Source of the DNA: Candidatus Amesbacteria bacterium | GTDB taxonomy: Bacteria; Patescibacteriota; Microgenomatia; CAZETR01; Amesbacteraceae | Direction: 5' to 3' | Length of the DNA: 64,000 bases | Assembly: GCA_027331445.1 (NCBI GenBank) | Contig: DAHWUD010000003.1 | Location: 2,704 to 66,703, forward strand | Notes under the pieces: generated by a model | Seen by the model: the letters and a program-made list of their open reading frames with translations, nothing else | What the model was told of the DNA's origin: nothing | Database searches by the model: none | Shown: piece by piece, positions 1-10,360 of the stretch | Numbering within the stretch: position 1 is the stretch's first letter | How the letters are laid out: each line of letters opens with the position of its first letter | Position numbers and translations under genes: made by a program

Positions 1-1
1 A

Positions 2-631
2 CTGGCCGAGGGGGAAGGAAAATATATCAGGCAATCGGGAGGCCGGGGCCAATACGGACATTGTTTTATAAAGATTGAGCCGCAGGCCAGAGGGGCCGGT
101 TATGAATTTGTAAACGCCATCAAAGGCGGGGCCATTCCCGGAGAGTTTATCCCGGCCATCCAAAAGGGGATCGTGGAAGCCATGGAAAACGGAATCGTGG
201 CGGGATACCCGACGGTGGATGTAAAAATAACCCTATACGACGGGACTTATCACGATGTAGATTCATCAGAAATGGCATTTAAGATTGCCGGGTCAATGGC
301 GTTTCAACACGCCTCCAAAGCGGCGGACCCGGTGATTTTAGAGCCGATCATGAAAGTGGAAGTGTCCACTCCCGATGAGTTTATGGGAGACGTGATCGGG
401 GATTTATCGTCCAAAAGAGCGCAGATTTCCTCCACTAACAAAAGGGGCAACCTGACAATTATCGTGGCCCATGTGCCACTAGCTGAATTGTCGGGATATG
501 CGACCAGGCTCAGGTCGCTGTCCCAGGGACGGGCGTCTTATTATATGGAGCCGTCACATTATGAAGAAGTGCCGAAGAATATTGCCGAAGGGATTATCGC
601 CAAGAGCGGAAAAGCGGTAACCAGCGACTAA
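2..631 (+). CDS. fusA: Elongation factor G, C-terminal part (5' end outside window)
   Basis: Frame-2 translation from the window edge reads [28 protein letters not shown]...[13 protein letters not shown], i.e. EF-G domain IV/V. The listed ORF 173-631 is the downstream part of the same frame, stop at 629-631. Confidence 0.9.
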   Translation: MAEGEGKYIRQSGGRGQYGHCFIKIEPQARGAGYEFVNAIKGGAIPGEFIPAIQKGIVEAMENGIVAGYPTVDVKITLYDGTYHDVDSSEMAFKIAGSMAFQHASKAADPVILEPIMKVEVSTPDEFMGDVIGDLSSKRAQISSTNKRGNLTIIVAHVPLAELSGYATRLRSLSQGRASYYMEPSHYEEVPKNIAEGIIAKSGKAVTSD

Positions 632-722
632 ATTACCTCTTGCATAATGGCCGGCCGTCATTTAGAATTAATGGAAGTTCGAAGGAGCTGATTTTTTTGC
701 CCTTCGGCAGTTAAAAAACAAA

Positions 723-1901
723 ATGGCTGTATACGTCAGATCAAAACCACACGTCAATATCGGGACCATCGGTCACGTGGATCACGGGAAGACGACTTTA
801 ACTTCGGCTATCACCATGGTGCTGGCTAAAAAAGGGATGGCTGTAGCCAAAAAGTACGAGGAAATTGACTCGGCCCCGGAGGAAAGAGCCCGGGGAGTGA
901 CGATTAACCTGTCACACCAGGAATACGAGACGGAAAAAAGGCATTACGCGCACATTGACGCCCCGGGGCACGCCGATTACATCAAAAACATGATTACGGG
1001 TGCTGCTCAAATGGACGGAGCCATACTGGTAGTTTCCGCTCCGGACGGACCAATGCCGCAAACCAGAGAACATATTCTCCTCGCTAAGCAGGTGAACGTG
1101 CCGGCGATTGTGGTATTTATGAACAAGTGCGACATGGTGGATGATCCCCAACTTTTAGACTTGGTAGAAATGGAAGTCCGCGAATTACTGACTAAATATG
1201 GTTATCCCGGAGACGAGGTCCCAATAATCCGCGGATCGGCGCTGAAAGCCACCGAAGGCGATCCCAAAGCCGAAGAGCAGATCCTGGAGCTGATGAAGAA
1301 AGTCGACGAATATATTCCGACGCCGGTGCGGCAGCTGGATAAGCCGTTTTTGATGCCGGTGGAGGATGTGTTTTCGATCAAAGGACGGGGAACAGTAGTT
1401 ACGGGAAGAATCGAAAGAGGGATCGTCAAAGTAAACGATAATGTAGAAATAATCGGAATCAAGCCCACCCAAACCACGGTGGTCACGGGAGTAGAAATGT
1501 TTCGAAAACAGCTGGACGAAGGCCAGGCCGGGGATAATGTGGGGTTGCTTTTGAGAGGGATTGAAAAAGAAAAGGTAGAGCGCGGGCAGGTCATCGCCAA
1601 GCCCGGCAGCGTGACACCACACACGGAATTCGAAGCCCAGGTATATATTCTCAAGAAGGAAGAGGGCGGGCGGCACACGTCTTTCTTCACCGGTTACAGA
1701 CCGCAGTTCTATATCCGGACGACCGATGTGACCGGAGAAATTGCCCTGCCGGAGGGAGTAGAAATGGTGATGCCGGGAGACGACGCCAAAATGAAAGTAA
1801 AGCTGATCGTACCTGTGGCCCTGGAAGAAGGTTTGCGGTTTGCTATCCGGGAAGGCGGAAAGACCGTCGGGGCCGGAGTAGTGACCAAAATCATCGCCTA
1901 A
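723..1901 (+). CDS. tuf: Elongation factor Tu
   Basis: 392 aa. G1 motif [10 protein letters not shown], then DAPGHADY and NKCD GTPase motifs; canonical position after fusA. Confidence 0.97.
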   Translation: MAVYVRSKPHVNIGTIGHVDHGKTTLTSAITMVLAKKGMAVAKKYEEIDSAPEERARGVTINLSHQEYETEKRHYAHIDAPGHADYIKNMITGAAQMDGAILVVSAPDGPMPQTREHILLAKQVNVPAIVVFMNKCDMVDDPQLLDLVEMEVRELLTKYGYPGDEVPIIRGSALKATEGDPKAEEQILELMKKVDEYIPTPVRQLDKPFLMPVEDVFSIKGRGTVVTGRIERGIVKVNDNVEIIGIKPTQTTVVTGVEMFRKQLDEGQAGDNVGLLLRGIEKEKVERGQVIAKPGSVTPHTEFEAQVYILKKEEGGRHTSFFTGYRPQFYIRTTDVTGEIALPEGVEMVMPGDDAKMKVKLIVPVALEEGLRFAIREGGKTVGAGVVTKIIA

Positions 1902-1917
1902 GTAGCACTTTTCTAAT

Positions 1918-2226
1918 ATGGCTAAGGGAAGACTAAGAGTCAAACTAAAGTCTTTTGATCACCGCGTTATTGACGAGGCAGCGAGTAAAATCCTGGAAAC
2001 CGGGTTATCCACAGGGGCCAAAGTTGTCGGCCCGGTCCCCTTGCCTACCGACAGAAAACTAATTGCCGTTACGACTTCGCCGCACGTAGATAAAAATGCC
2101 CGGGATCACTTTGAAATGCTGGTACACAAGCGCCTCATAGATATCATCGACCCCACAGACAAAACCATAGACGCCCTGTCACACCTGGACCTGCCGGCCG
2201 GAGTGGATATTGAAGTGAAGATGTAA
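1918..2226 (+). CDS. rpsJ: 30S ribosomal protein S10
   Basis: 102 aa, RLRVKLKSFDHRVID...GPVPLPT signature of uS10; first gene of the S10 operon, directly after tuf. Confidence 0.95.
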   Translation: MAKGRLRVKLKSFDHRVIDEAASKILETGLSTGAKVVGPVPLPTDRKLIAVTTSPHVDKNARDHFEMLVHKRLIDIIDPTDKTIDALSHLDLPAGVDIEVKM

Positions 2227-2235
2227 TATTCGGAC

Positions 2236-2538
2236 ATGCCGAGATACGAGATAAAAGTGATTTTCTTTGGGAATCCGGAAGAATCAATCAACCTGGCAAG
2301 GGTGGAGAGGGATGGTAATAGGTTTTTTGAGTCGGCTGAGATAGAAGATGAGGTATTAACGGTGCGTACGAATGACATAACTTCCGGTGAGAAGGAGGCG
2401 ATTGTGGCTATGTTCAGGGGCATATCCGGAGTCGAATCTATTGGAATGTATGTTCTTGGACGCAAGGGCGGAGGACGCAAGACAAAGGTCGATATTCCAA
2501 GATGCAGTTGTGGGGTTGCCAGATTGAGGCTACCGTGA
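2236..2538 (+). CDS. Hypothetical 100-aa protein inserted between rpsJ and rplC
   Basis: ATG 10 nt after the rpsJ stop, TGA stop. No confidently recognised family (faint resemblance to DUF503/YlxP-like small proteins only). Position inside the S10 operon is atypical. Confidence 0.5.
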   Translation: MPRYEIKVIFFGNPEESINLARVERDGNRFFESAEIEDEVLTVRTNDITSGEKEAIVAMFRGISGVESIGMYVLGRKGGGRKTKVDIPRCSCGVARLRLP

Positions 2539-2617
2539 TACAATCAGCTTTGGTTGTGAGCAGAGAAAATTGCCTAGATTAGTGCTTACAATACCGATAG
2601 GCTATACCCAAGTTAAG

Positions 2618-2642
2618 AGTGCCTAGCGGCACTTTTTTTGTT
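2618..2642 (+). terminator. Intrinsic-terminator-like hairpin (AGTGCC-TAGC-GGCACT + T7) 7 nt upstream of the rplC ATG
   Basis: 6-bp GC-rich perfect stem, 4-nt loop, followed by TTTTTTTGTT. Lies between the inserted ORF and rplC, so it is a candidate attenuator. Confidence 0.55.
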
Positions 2643-2648
2643 GCCAAA

Positions 2649-3224
2649 ATGATAAACCAGATATTTGCAAAAAAGGTCGGTATGACCAGCAAATTTACTC
2701 CATCCGGGGAGTGGGTTGGGGTGACAGCCCTAAGTGTGCTGCCGATGAAAGTCACCGGGCAGAGAACGGCTGAAAAAAACGGATACACGGCGATAAGGTT
2801 CAAGATTCAAGATCTAAAGTCCAAGAAGGAGATAGAAAAGGAAGTCAGAACAGATGAAAACATGGAAGTCGGAAGTGAAGTCAAGTGGGAAGAGATTTTC
2901 AAAGCGGGCGACGCAGTGGACGTGACGGGAATCAGCAAGGGCAAGGGGTTTGCGGGAGTAGTCAAGCGATATCATTTTAAGGGCGGCCCGAGAACACACG
3001 GGCAGTCAGACCGGGAAAGGGCGCCGGGATCGTCCGGATCGACGACCACCCCGGGAAGAGTGTACAGAGGCAAGAGACGGGCCGGACATATGGGCACAGA
3101 CACGGTAACCATCGGCCGGATGAAGATATTGGCAGTAGAGCCGGAGAAGAAATTGATCATAGTGATAGGCAGCGTTCCCGGAGCAAGAAATTTCCAGTTA
3201 CTAACCGTTAGAAAGCACGTATGA
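2649..3224 (+). CDS. rplC: 50S ribosomal protein L3
   Basis: MINQIFAKKVGMT... the uL3 N-terminus has about 10 residues before GMT. ATG at 2649 is preferred over the in-frame GTG at 2619, which would put the hairpin in coding sequence and give an atypically long N-terminus. Confidence 0.93.
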   Translation: MINQIFAKKVGMTSKFTPSGEWVGVTALSVLPMKVTGQRTAEKNGYTAIRFKIQDLKSKKEIEKEVRTDENMEVGSEVKWEEIFKAGDAVDVTGISKGKGFAGVVKRYHFKGGPRTHGQSDRERAPGSSGSTTTPGRVYRGKRRAGHMGTDTVTIGRMKILAVEPEKKLIIVIGSVPGARNFQLLTVRKHV

Positions 3225-3847
3225 CCACGGAGACAATCACACTGGCCGGAGAAAAAGGGGAAAAAATGACCTTGCCACCGGGGGTATTCGGAGTCAAGGC
3301 CGATAAAAGGCTGCTGGCGACGGCAGTAAGAGTGTGGCGGGCAAACCAAAGGAAAGCCAATGCCAAGACAAAAACCCGGGGCGAAGTAGCTAAAACAACG
3401 GCCAAGATGTACCGGCAAAAAGGGACGGGCAAAGCCAGGCACGGGTCTTTCTCGGCACCGATATTTGTGGGAGGAGGAATTGCCCACGGCCCGGACGGAT
3501 GGCAAAACTATAAATTGAAGATGACTACGGCCGTAAAAAGGCTGGCCCTGGCGGAAGCTCTGTCTGATAAGGCCACGGACAAAAATGTAGTGGTAGTAAC
3601 CGGAGCAGACAAAGCCAGCGGAAAGACAAAACAAATGGCGGCATTAGTAAAAAAGGCAGGATGGAACGGCAAAATTTTGGTAGTGGGAACGGCGGCCCAG
3701 ACGGCCTGGGTCAGGGGCTGGAAAAACGTCCCCCAAACGACAATCAGGCTGGTGGAGCAAATAAATACTTACCTGGTAGTAGCCAATAAACAATTGGTGG
3801 TAACGGCGGAAGCCATTGCTGAAATGGAGAAAAAATATGTTAATTAA
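3221..3847 (+). CDS. rplD: 50S ribosomal protein L4
   Basis: 208 aa, ...YRQKGTGKARHGS... uL4 motif; 4-nt overlap with the rplC stop. Confidence 0.95.
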   Translation: MTTETITLAGEKGEKMTLPPGVFGVKADKRLLATAVRVWRANQRKANAKTKTRGEVAKTTAKMYRQKGTGKARHGSFSAPIFVGGGIAHGPDGWQNYKLKMTTAVKRLALAEALSDKATDKNVVVVTGADKASGKTKQMAALVKKAGWNGKILVVGTAAQTAWVRGWKNVPQTTIRLVEQINTYLVVANKQLVVTAEAIAEMEKKYVN

Positions 3848-4130
3848 ACCCATAATTACGGAAAAAGCCGTGGCGGAAATGCCGCATAACCGGTACTATT
3901 TCCGGGTGGCGACGGGAGCTAATAAAACGGAGATCAAAAAAGCGGTGGAAAAACTGTTTGCCGTCAACGTGACGGCGGTCCAGACGGCGACCATGCCGGG
4001 AAAAAAATACCGCAGCGGCCGCCGGTGGATGATCAGGCAGCGAGCGGATTGGAAAAAAGCCATGGTGACTCTCAAAGAGGGGCAAAAAATTGATTTAATT
4101 GAAATTCCGGGAGTACAGCCCGAAAAATAA
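3837..4130 (+). CDS. rplW: 50S ribosomal protein L23
   Basis: MLIKPIITEKA... uL23 start. The ATG at 3837 overlaps the rplD end; the ORF track's earlier start at 3816 is read-through. Confidence 0.93.
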   Translation: MLIKPIITEKAVAEMPHNRYYFRVATGANKTEIKKAVEKLFAVNVTAVQTATMPGKKYRSGRRWMIRQRADWKKAMVTLKEGQKIDLIEIPGVQPEK

Positions 4131-4132
4131 AC

Positions 4133-4957
4133 ATGGCCTTAAAACTTTACAAACCCATTACCGCCGGACTGCGATTCTCCTCAGGAATGGATTACAGCCA
4201 ACTGGCTGACAAAAGGCCGGAGAGAGGGCTCGTCCGGATTTTGCCCAAGAACTCCGGAAGAAATTCCACCGGAAAAGTGACGACCCGGCATCAGGGGGGA
4301 AGGGAAAAAAGATTTTTACGGGAAATTGACTGGAAGAGACTGAAGGAAAATGTGAAGGCCCAGGTGGTAGCACTGGAGTACGATCCGAACCGGACGGCAA
4401 ATGTGGCCCTGCTGCAGTACGCAGACGGAGAAAAAACCTACATTCTGGCGCCGGACGGACTGGCAGCCGGACAGGCGATTATGAACGGGGAAAGCGCGCC
4501 TCTAACCGTGGGAAATTGCCTTCCCTTAGCCAATATTCCGGTGGGGACGCCCATTCACGGAATTGAAATTGTGCCCGGCAAAGGGGCTCAAATGGTGAGA
4601 AGCGCCGGGGCGGCGGCGATCATTATGGGTTTTGAAGAAGGCTTTGCTCTGGTAAAATTGCCTTCGGGCGAAATCCGCAGGTTTAATCCGGCCGCCCGGG
4701 CCACGATCGGCCAGGTGGGCAATTCCGAATGGAAAAATATTAATTTCGGGAAAGCCGGCCGGAAACGGCACATGGGAATCAGACCCACGGTGCGAGGAAC
4801 GGCCCAGGATCCCCGATCCCATCCGCACGGAGGCGGCGAAGGCCGGTCCGGCGAAGGGATGCACCCCAAGACGCCATGGGGCAAGTCGGCCAGGGGGAAC
4901 CGGACCCGGAAAAAGTTCAAGTATTCGCACAAGTTAATTGTCCAGCGAAGAAAGTAG
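4133..4957 (+). CDS. rplB: 50S ribosomal protein L2
   Basis: 274 aa, C-terminal [15 protein letters not shown] and HPHGGGEGR uL2 motifs. Confidence 0.97.
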   Translation: MALKLYKPITAGLRFSSGMDYSQLADKRPERGLVRILPKNSGRNSTGKVTTRHQGGREKRFLREIDWKRLKENVKAQVVALEYDPNRTANVALLQYADGEKTYILAPDGLAAGQAIMNGESAPLTVGNCLPLANIPVGTPIHGIEIVPGKGAQMVRSAGAAAIIMGFEEGFALVKLPSGEIRRFNPAARATIGQVGNSEWKNINFGKAGRKRHMGIRPTVRGTAQDPRSHPHGGGEGRSGEGMHPKTPWGKSARGNRTRKKFKYSHKLIVQRRK

Positions 4958-4961
4958 TCAT

Positions 4962-5246
4962 ATGGCAAGAAGTGCTAAAAAAGGACCATATATAGATAAA
5001 AAACTGTCGGCGAAAGTCGCCAGGGCGGAAAGTGGCGGAAAAAAATCCCCCATTAAAACCTGGGCCAGGGCGTCACAAATCCCGCCGGCATTTGTGGGCT
5101 TTACTTTCCAGGTGCACAACGGCAACAAGTTTATTGACGTGTTTGTGTCCGAGGCCATGGTGGGACACCGGTTGGGGGAATTTGCTCCCAGCAGGACCTT
5201 CAGAAGCCACGGGGCAATCGTAAAGCGGACAATGGAGAAGACTTAA
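4962..5246 (+). CDS. rpsS: 30S ribosomal protein S19
   Basis: [15 protein letters not shown]... uS19 N-terminus; the ATG at 4962 is the internal Met of the listed ORF. Confidence 0.95.
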   Translation: MARSAKKGPYIDKKLSAKVARAESGGKKSPIKTWARASQIPPAFVGFTFQVHNGNKFIDVFVSEAMVGHRLGEFAPSRTFRSHGAIVKRTMEKT

Positions 5247-5247
5247 T

Positions 5248-5637
5248 ATGAAAGACGCAAAGCTCAAGATTCAAGGTACAAAAGTAGTTACGGCGAGGGC
5301 CAGCTTTGTCAGGACATCACCGCGAAAACTGCGGCTGGTGGCGGATGCAGTCCGCAAGCTGGATCCAAACCGGGCGGTCGAGCAATTAAAGCTGATGCCG
5401 AAACAAGCGGCCAGACCGGTGCTGTCGGTATTTGTCCAGGCTCTGGCCAACGCCAAAAACAATTTTCAATTGTCGCCGGCGGACATGAGAATTGCCAATT
5501 TACAGGTGCATGAGGGGCCGAGGGGCCCGAAAAAAGCGGACGTGCACGCCCACGGGGCCAGATTTGACCGGGGCGTCCGCAGAAAGAGAATGGCTCATAT
5601 TACTTTGGAATTGGCAGCTACAGGAGGAGGCAAATAA
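5248..5637 (+). CDS. rplV: 50S ribosomal protein L22
   Basis: 129 aa, uL22 fold signature (ARASFVRTSPRKLRLVADAVR); position after rpsS. Confidence 0.95.
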   Translation: MKDAKLKIQGTKVVTARASFVRTSPRKLRLVADAVRKLDPNRAVEQLKLMPKQAARPVLSVFVQALANAKNNFQLSPADMRIANLQVHEGPRGPKKADVHAHGARFDRGVRRKRMAHITLELAATGGGK

Positions 5638-5638
5638 A

Positions 5639-6307
5639 ATGGGTCATAAAGTAAACCCGGTGGCATACCGATTGCCACTGGCCCAGACCAAGATGTGGAA
5701 ATCGAGATGGTTTGCCACAAACAAATTCAAATACGCGGCTTATTTGGGAGCTGACGTAAAGCTACGAAAGGCACTGATGAAGAGGCTGGCGCCGGCGGGG
5801 GTAACCCGGGTGGAAATTGAAAGATCGCTCCGGAGCATCAAAATCATAATTTATGTGACCAGGCCGGGAGTGGTCATCGGACGGGGCGGGGCGGGGATTG
5901 AGGAACTGAAAAAATACATTTATAAGCTGTTGGGGTTTGAAATGGGAGCCAAGATGGCGCCTAAAATAGACCCCCAGATTGAAGAGGTGAAAGAGCCGGA
6001 CCTGAATGCGTACCTGGTGGCCACCCGAATCGCGGAACAATTGGAGAAGAGGCTGCCGGCCCGGCGAGTGGTAAAAAAGACGATGGAAAGAACCATGCAG
6101 GCCCGGGCAAAAGGCATTAAGGTGCTGTTATCCGGCCGGGTGAACGGGGCAGAAATTTCCCGAAGAGAACTGTACCAGTATGCCGGAGGTTCGGTCCCGT
6201 TGCAAACACTGCGGGCAGATATTGATTACGCGGCCGTCCCGGCCTTGACCCGATCAGGGTACGTGGGAGTTAAAGTGTGGATATACAGGGGAGAAAGGAT
6301 AGAATAA
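5639..6307 (+). CDS. rpsC: 30S ribosomal protein S3
   Basis: [12 protein letters not shown]... uS3 start, preceded by a GGAGGAGG SD. The listed ORF from 5492 is read-through into rplV. Confidence 0.95.
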   Translation: MGHKVNPVAYRLPLAQTKMWKSRWFATNKFKYAAYLGADVKLRKALMKRLAPAGVTRVEIERSLRSIKIIIYVTRPGVVIGRGGAGIEELKKYIYKLLGFEMGAKMAPKIDPQIEEVKEPDLNAYLVATRIAEQLEKRLPARRVVKKTMERTMQARAKGIKVLLSGRVNGAEISRRELYQYAGGSVPLQTLRADIDYAAVPALTRSGYVGVKVWIYRGERIE

Positions 6308-6308
6308 T

Positions 6309-6713
6309 ATGCTGCAACCTAAAAGACAAAAATACAGGAAACAGTTTCGGGGGCAGATGCCGGGAAATGCCCAGCGGGGAGCGGAAGTAGCTTTCGGAGA
6401 GTTCGGACTGAAAGCGATGGGGCGGGGGTGGGTATCGTCCAGACAAATTGAAGCGGCCAGGAAAGCCATTTCCAGGCACGCCCAAAGAGGGGGAAAAGTG
6501 TGGATTCGAATCTTCCCGGACAAACCGATTACTAAAAAGGCCCCCGGGACCAGAATGGGATCGGGCAAAGGGGAAATTTTTGAATATGTGGCGGTGGTCC
6601 GACCGGGAAGAATCTTGTTTGAAATTGCGGGAGTGGCCCGCGAGACGGCAGAATTAGCGTTTTCCAGGGCGGCAGCCAAGTTACCGCTGAGAGTTAAATT
6701 TGTGAGCAAATAA
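6309..6713 (+). CDS. rplP: 50S ribosomal protein L16
   Basis: [15 protein letters not shown]... uL16 N-terminus. Confidence 0.96.
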   Translation: MLQPKRQKYRKQFRGQMPGNAQRGAEVAFGEFGLKAMGRGWVSSRQIEAARKAISRHAQRGGKVWIRIFPDKPITKKAPGTRMGSGKGEIFEYVAVVRPGRILFEIAGVARETAELAFSRAAAKLPLRVKFVSK

Positions 6714-6715
6714 CT

Positions 6716-6937
6716 ATGGCAAAAAAAGCAGAAAAACCAGCGACCGCCCCGGAAATTAAACTTAAAGACATGACTGCGGACGAGCTGAAAAACAAGGCCG
6801 CGGAGCTGGCTGGGAAAATTGCCCTGGCCCGGCTGGAGAAAGCGGCCGGGAAGGCCAAAAATATGCGCCTGGTGTTTAACCTGAGAAGGGAAAGGGCAAA
6901 AGTTCTGACCGTATTAAATATTAAAAAAATGTCGTAA
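6716..6937 (+). CDS. rpmC: 50S ribosomal protein L29
   Basis: 73 aa, helical uL29 with the LKNKAAEL...RLEKAAGK pattern; canonical position. Confidence 0.9.
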   Translation: MAKKAEKPATAPEIKLKDMTADELKNKAAELAGKIALARLEKAAGKAKNMRLVFNLRRERAKVLTVLNIKKMS

Positions 6938-6948
6938 AATCAATATAT

Positions 6949-7191
6949 ATGAAAACATTGACCGGAACAGTCGTGTCGACAAAAATGGCCCAAACGGCAG
7001 TAGTGGTGGTGAACAGACTGATCAAACACCCGATCTACCACAAACAAATGCGGAGAAGCAAAAAGTTTCACGCCCACAATGAATTAAAACTGGCGGTGGG
7101 AGACGTGGTGAAGATCGGAGAAACCAAGCCCAGGTCCAGGACAAAAAACTGGCGAGTTATTGAAGTGGTAAATAAAAATGGTACAGCTTAG
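6949..7191 (+). CDS. rpsQ: 30S ribosomal protein S17
   Basis: 80 aa, [18 protein letters not shown]...HPIYHK uS17 signature. Confidence 0.94.
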   Translation: MKTLTGTVVSTKMAQTAVVVVNRLIKHPIYHKQMRRSKKFHAHNELKLAVGDVVKIGETKPRSRTKNWRVIEVVNKNGTA

Positions 7192-7549
7192 AAGTATTAT
7201 CGTGCCGGCTGATAATTGCGGAGCTAAAAAGCTGCGGGTAATTCACGTGCACGTAGGATCAAAGAGAACCTATGCCTATTTGGGAGACATGGTCACGGCC
7301 GTGGTGGATAAAGCCGACCCGAACGGGACGGTAAAGGACTCGGAAATGGTGAAGGCCGTAATCGTGAGAACCCGAAAGGGCCAGAGACGCAAAGACGGCA
7401 GCTACATCCGTTTTGACGACAATGCCGGTGTAATTATTGACCCCAAGTCCCGCGAACCGCGGGGGACGCGGATTTTCGGACCGGTGGCCCGGGAAGTCAA
7501 AGACGCCGGCTACGCCAAGATCGCGTCACTGGCAACGGAGGTACTTTAA
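7178..7549 (+). CDS. rplN: 50S ribosomal protein L14
   Basis: [24 protein letters not shown]... uL14. Confidence 0.96.
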   Translation: MVQLRSIIVPADNCGAKKLRVIHVHVGSKRTYAYLGDMVTAVVDKADPNGTVKDSEMVKAVIVRTRKGQRRKDGSYIRFDDNAGVIIDPKSREPRGTRIFGPVAREVKDAGYAKIASLATEVL

Positions 7550-7882
7550 ATGACAAAATCCAAAGCTCAAAAAACAAAATTCAAAAAAGGAGATACAGTC
7601 ATGGTGACGGCGGGAAAAGATAAGGGGAAATCGGGAAAAATCGAGCGGATTTTCCCGGCAGAGGCCCGGGTATTAGTACCCAACATGAACCAGTACAAGA
7701 AACACCGCAAACCCCAGGGAGAGGGCCGGCCGGGGGAGATTCTGACTTTATCCCGCCCGCTACCAGTCGGAAATGTGGCTTTAATTTGTCCCCGGTGCAA
7801 ACAGCCAACCCGCATCGGCTGGCGCTGGGACCAGACCAAAAAAGTGCGCGTCTGCCGTAAATGTGAAGCAGACATAGATTAA
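7550..7882 (+). CDS. rplX: 50S ribosomal protein L24 with a C-terminal CxxC...CxxC zinc-ribbon variant
   Basis: KOW motif (KKGDTVMVTAGKDKGKSGKI), then a C-terminus CPRCKQPTRIGWRWDQTKKVRVCRKCEADID carrying four Cys. Confidence 0.93.
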   Translation: MTKSKAQKTKFKKGDTVMVTAGKDKGKSGKIERIFPAEARVLVPNMNQYKKHRKPQGEGRPGEILTLSRPLPVGNVALICPRCKQPTRIGWRWDQTKKVRVCRKCEADID

Positions 7883-7886
7883 ACAT

Positions 7887-8426
7887 ATGAGCTTATTACA
7901 AGACTATAAAGAAAAAGCCGTCCCAGCCTTACAAAAGGAACTGGGGATAACCAATACGATGGCGGTGCCCCGGTTGACACGGGTGGTAGTAAACATGGGG
8001 ATTAAGGAAGCCGCCCACGACAAAGGGCTATTGGAAAAAATGGCTGAGCAGATGGCGACGATTACCGGGCAAAAAGCCAAGGTGACCAGGGCAAAGAAAT
8101 CCATAGCCAACTTCAAGCTGAGGGAGGGGGATGTCGTCGGGCTGGCGGCCACGCTAAGGGGCCGGCGGATGGATGATTTTGTGACAAAATTGTTTACCAT
8201 CGTGCTGCCCCGGGTGAGAGATTTCCACGGCGTGCCGGCGAGGGCTTTTGACGGACGGGGAAATTATACCCTGGGGATGGCGGAACAAATCTCGTTCCCG
8301 GAAATCGACTACTCCAAGATAGATAAAATCCGGGGTTTGGAGATTACATTCGTAACAAACGCCGGGGATGATAAAATTGCCAGGCAGTTATTAGCCAAGC
8401 TGGGGATGCCCTTCGAAAAATCATAA
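7887..8426 (+). CDS. rplE: 50S ribosomal protein L5
   Basis: 179 aa, uL5 motifs (KLREGDVVG..TLRGRRMDDF, GNYTLGMAEQISFPEI). Confidence 0.96.
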   Translation: MSLLQDYKEKAVPALQKELGITNTMAVPRLTRVVVNMGIKEAAHDKGLLEKMAEQMATITGQKAKVTRAKKSIANFKLREGDVVGLAATLRGRRMDDFVTKLFTIVLPRVRDFHGVPARAFDGRGNYTLGMAEQISFPEIDYSKIDKIRGLEITFVTNAGDDKIARQLLAKLGMPFEKS

Positions 8427-8429
8427 CCT

Positions 8430-8618
8430 ATGGCCAAAAGATCAAAAATTGTCAAACAGACAAAAAATCACCTAAAGTATGCGACCCAGTTTCGGAACCG
8501 GTGTCAGCTGTGCGGGCGGCCACGGGCGTATCTGCGGATGTTCGGGCTGTGCCGGATGTGCTTTAGAGAGTTAGCCAACAAGGGAGAATTACCCGGAATA
8601 AGAAAGGCCTCATGGTAA
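8430..8618 (+). CDS. rpsN: 30S ribosomal protein S14, type Z (zinc-binding)
   Basis: 62 aa with CQLCGRP...CRMCFRE, the short Zn-ribbon uS14 form. Confidence 0.94.
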   Translation: MAKRSKIVKQTKNHLKYATQFRNRCQLCGRPRAYLRMFGLCRMCFRELANKGELPGIRKASW

Positions 8619-8992
8619 ACGATCACCTGTCGGACATGATTGCGAGAATTAAAAACGGCTATCGGGCGGCGGCGGTGGCGGTGGAAATACCGAGGACCAA
8701 GAGCGTGGCCGAGGTCATTCGGGTACTGGCCGAGGAGGGCTATGTGGGACAGGCGGAAAATAAAGACGGCAAAATCAAAGTGAACCTGAAATACCAGGGG
8801 AAACAGCCCGCGATCATGGGAATGCGGCGGGTGAGCAAGCCGGGAGTAAGAATCTATACCAAAAGAGTGAGCATTCCCAAGGTGTGGGGAGGACTGGGAA
8901 TAAATATCCTGTCGACACCGGAGGGAATAATGAGCGATAAGAAGGCTAAAAAAGTTAAAACCGGCGGAGAAATTATCTGCCAGGTCTGGTAA
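8612..8992 (+). CDS. rpsH: 30S ribosomal protein S8
   Basis: [16 protein letters not shown]... uS8 N-terminus. Confidence 0.95.
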   Translation: MVNDHLSDMIARIKNGYRAAAVAVEIPRTKSVAEVIRVLAEEGYVGQAENKDGKIKVNLKYQGKQPAIMGMRRVSKPGVRIYTKRVSIPKVWGGLGINILSTPEGIMSDKKAKKVKTGGEIICQVW

Positions 8993-8998
8993 AAAATT

Positions 8999-9550
8999 AT
9001 GTCACGAATAAGCAAAATCCCAATAAATATTCCGGAAAAAGTCAGCGTAAGCGTGAGCGGGAAAACCGTCTCGGTAAGCGGGCCCAAGGGCACGCTTCTT
9101 TGGAGCTTTCCAGAAAAGGTGGAGTTGAATATCGGCGAGGGAAAAATCCGGGTCGGTAGCGGGGAGGCAGAAGTGAGCAACCTGCTGGGGCTGACGCACA
9201 GTCTGGTCGCCAACATGGTAAAAGGGGTCACTGAAGGCTTTGTAAGGACGCTGGAGCTGAACGGAACCGGTTACAGAGCAAGTGTCGGCGGAAGCGACCT
9301 AAACCTGGCACTGGGCTTTTCCCACCCGGTGGTAGTGAAAGCGCCGGCGGGGATAAGTTTTGAAGTGAAGGAAAATAAAATTATGGTCCGGGGAGCAGAC
9401 AAGGCCATGGTGGGCGAGGTGGCGGCCAAAATCAGGCGGCTGAAGCCGGCTGACGTATATAAATGGAAGGGTTTTAAATATGAAGGTGAAGTATTAATTA
9501 AGAAGGCCGGCAAAGCGGCCAAGGCCGGGGCGGCGGCGGGAGCGAAGTAA
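8999..9550 (+). CDS. rplF: 50S ribosomal protein L6
   Basis: MSRISKIPINIPEKVSVSVSG... duplicated uL6 fold. Confidence 0.95.
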   Translation: MSRISKIPINIPEKVSVSVSGKTVSVSGPKGTLLWSFPEKVELNIGEGKIRVGSGEAEVSNLLGLTHSLVANMVKGVTEGFVRTLELNGTGYRASVGGSDLNLALGFSHPVVVKAPAGISFEVKENKIMVRGADKAMVGEVAAKIRRLKPADVYKWKGFKYEGEVLIKKAGKAAKAGAAAGAK

Positions 9551-9553
9551 CCT

Positions 9554-9877
9554 ATGAGACAAAGTATTAAAAGATATACCCATAACCGGATCCGGAGGGA
9601 AGTGCGGATCAGGGCGGTTGTGCGCAAAAGCGGTCTGCCGAGACTGTCGGTATTCAAATCAAATAAATTTTTGTACGCCCAGGTAATCGATGACCAAAAA
9701 GGAATAACCGTGGCCGGGGTACGTGGAAAAACGGCAGCCGAGACGGGAAAAAATATCGCCAAAAAAGCGGTGGCGGCGGGAGTAGTTAAAGTGGTGTTTG
9801 ACCGGGGAGCTTACAATTACCACGGGCGGGTGAAAACCCTCGCCGAAGCGGCCCGGGAAGGGGGGCTTAAATTCTAA
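9554..9877 (+). CDS. rplR: 50S ribosomal protein L18
   Basis: [30 protein letters not shown] uL18 signature. Confidence 0.94.
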   Translation: MRQSIKRYTHNRIRREVRIRAVVRKSGLPRLSVFKSNKFLYAQVIDDQKGITVAGVRGKTAAETGKNIAKKAVAAGVVKVVFDRGAYNYHGRVKTLAEAAREGGLKF

Positions 9878-9882
9878 ATAAT

Positions 9883-10359
9883 ATGGCTTACCACCGCAAT
9901 TACAACCGAGCCCAATCCGGAGAGCCAAAAGAATTTGAGGAAAAAGTGGTGCAGGTAAACCGGGTGTCTAAAAAGGGCAAGGGGGGGAATAAAATCAGTT
10001 TTGCCGCATTGGTGGTAGTGGGCGACCGGAAAGGCCGGGTAGGGGTAGGCCTGGGGAAAGCCGCCGATGTATCTTCCGCCATGCAAAAAGGGGTGACTTA
10101 CGCCAAGAAGCATTTGATTACCGTGCCCATGAGGGGGACGACTATCCCCCACGAAATGAGGGTAAAACTGGGAGCGGCCAAGCTCCTTTTAAAGCCGGCG
10201 CCGCCGGGATCGGGAGTGATCGCCGGAGGGGCAGTGCGGGCAGTGGTGGAAGCGGCGGGGATCAGAGACGTGGTGGGGAAAATTCTGGGAACAGCTAACA
10301 AGGCCAGCAACGTACGGGCAGCTTTCCAGGCATTAAGAATGTTTAAACAGACTAATTGA
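9883..10359 (+). CDS. rpsE: 30S ribosomal protein S5
   Basis: uS5 dsRBD plus C-terminal domain ([15 protein letters not shown]...[17 protein letters not shown]). Confidence 0.95.
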   Translation: MAYHRNYNRAQSGEPKEFEEKVVQVNRVSKKGKGGNKISFAALVVVGDRKGRVGVGLGKAADVSSAMQKGVTYAKKHLITVPMRGTTIPHEMRVKLGAAKLLLKPAPPGSGVIAGGAVRAVVEAAGIRDVVGKILGTANKASNVRAAFQALRMFKQTN

Positions 10360-10360
10360 T

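Noticed and set aside
912-1943. Long antisense ORFs inside tuf (912-1151, 1185-1943, 1202-1690 minus strand). Similar antisense ORFs occur inside dnaK, lepA, secY, groEL and the helicases.
   Set aside because: They lie opposite strongly conserved protein-coding frames (EF-Tu etc.) and have biased, low-complexity composition. They are shadow ORFs, not genes.
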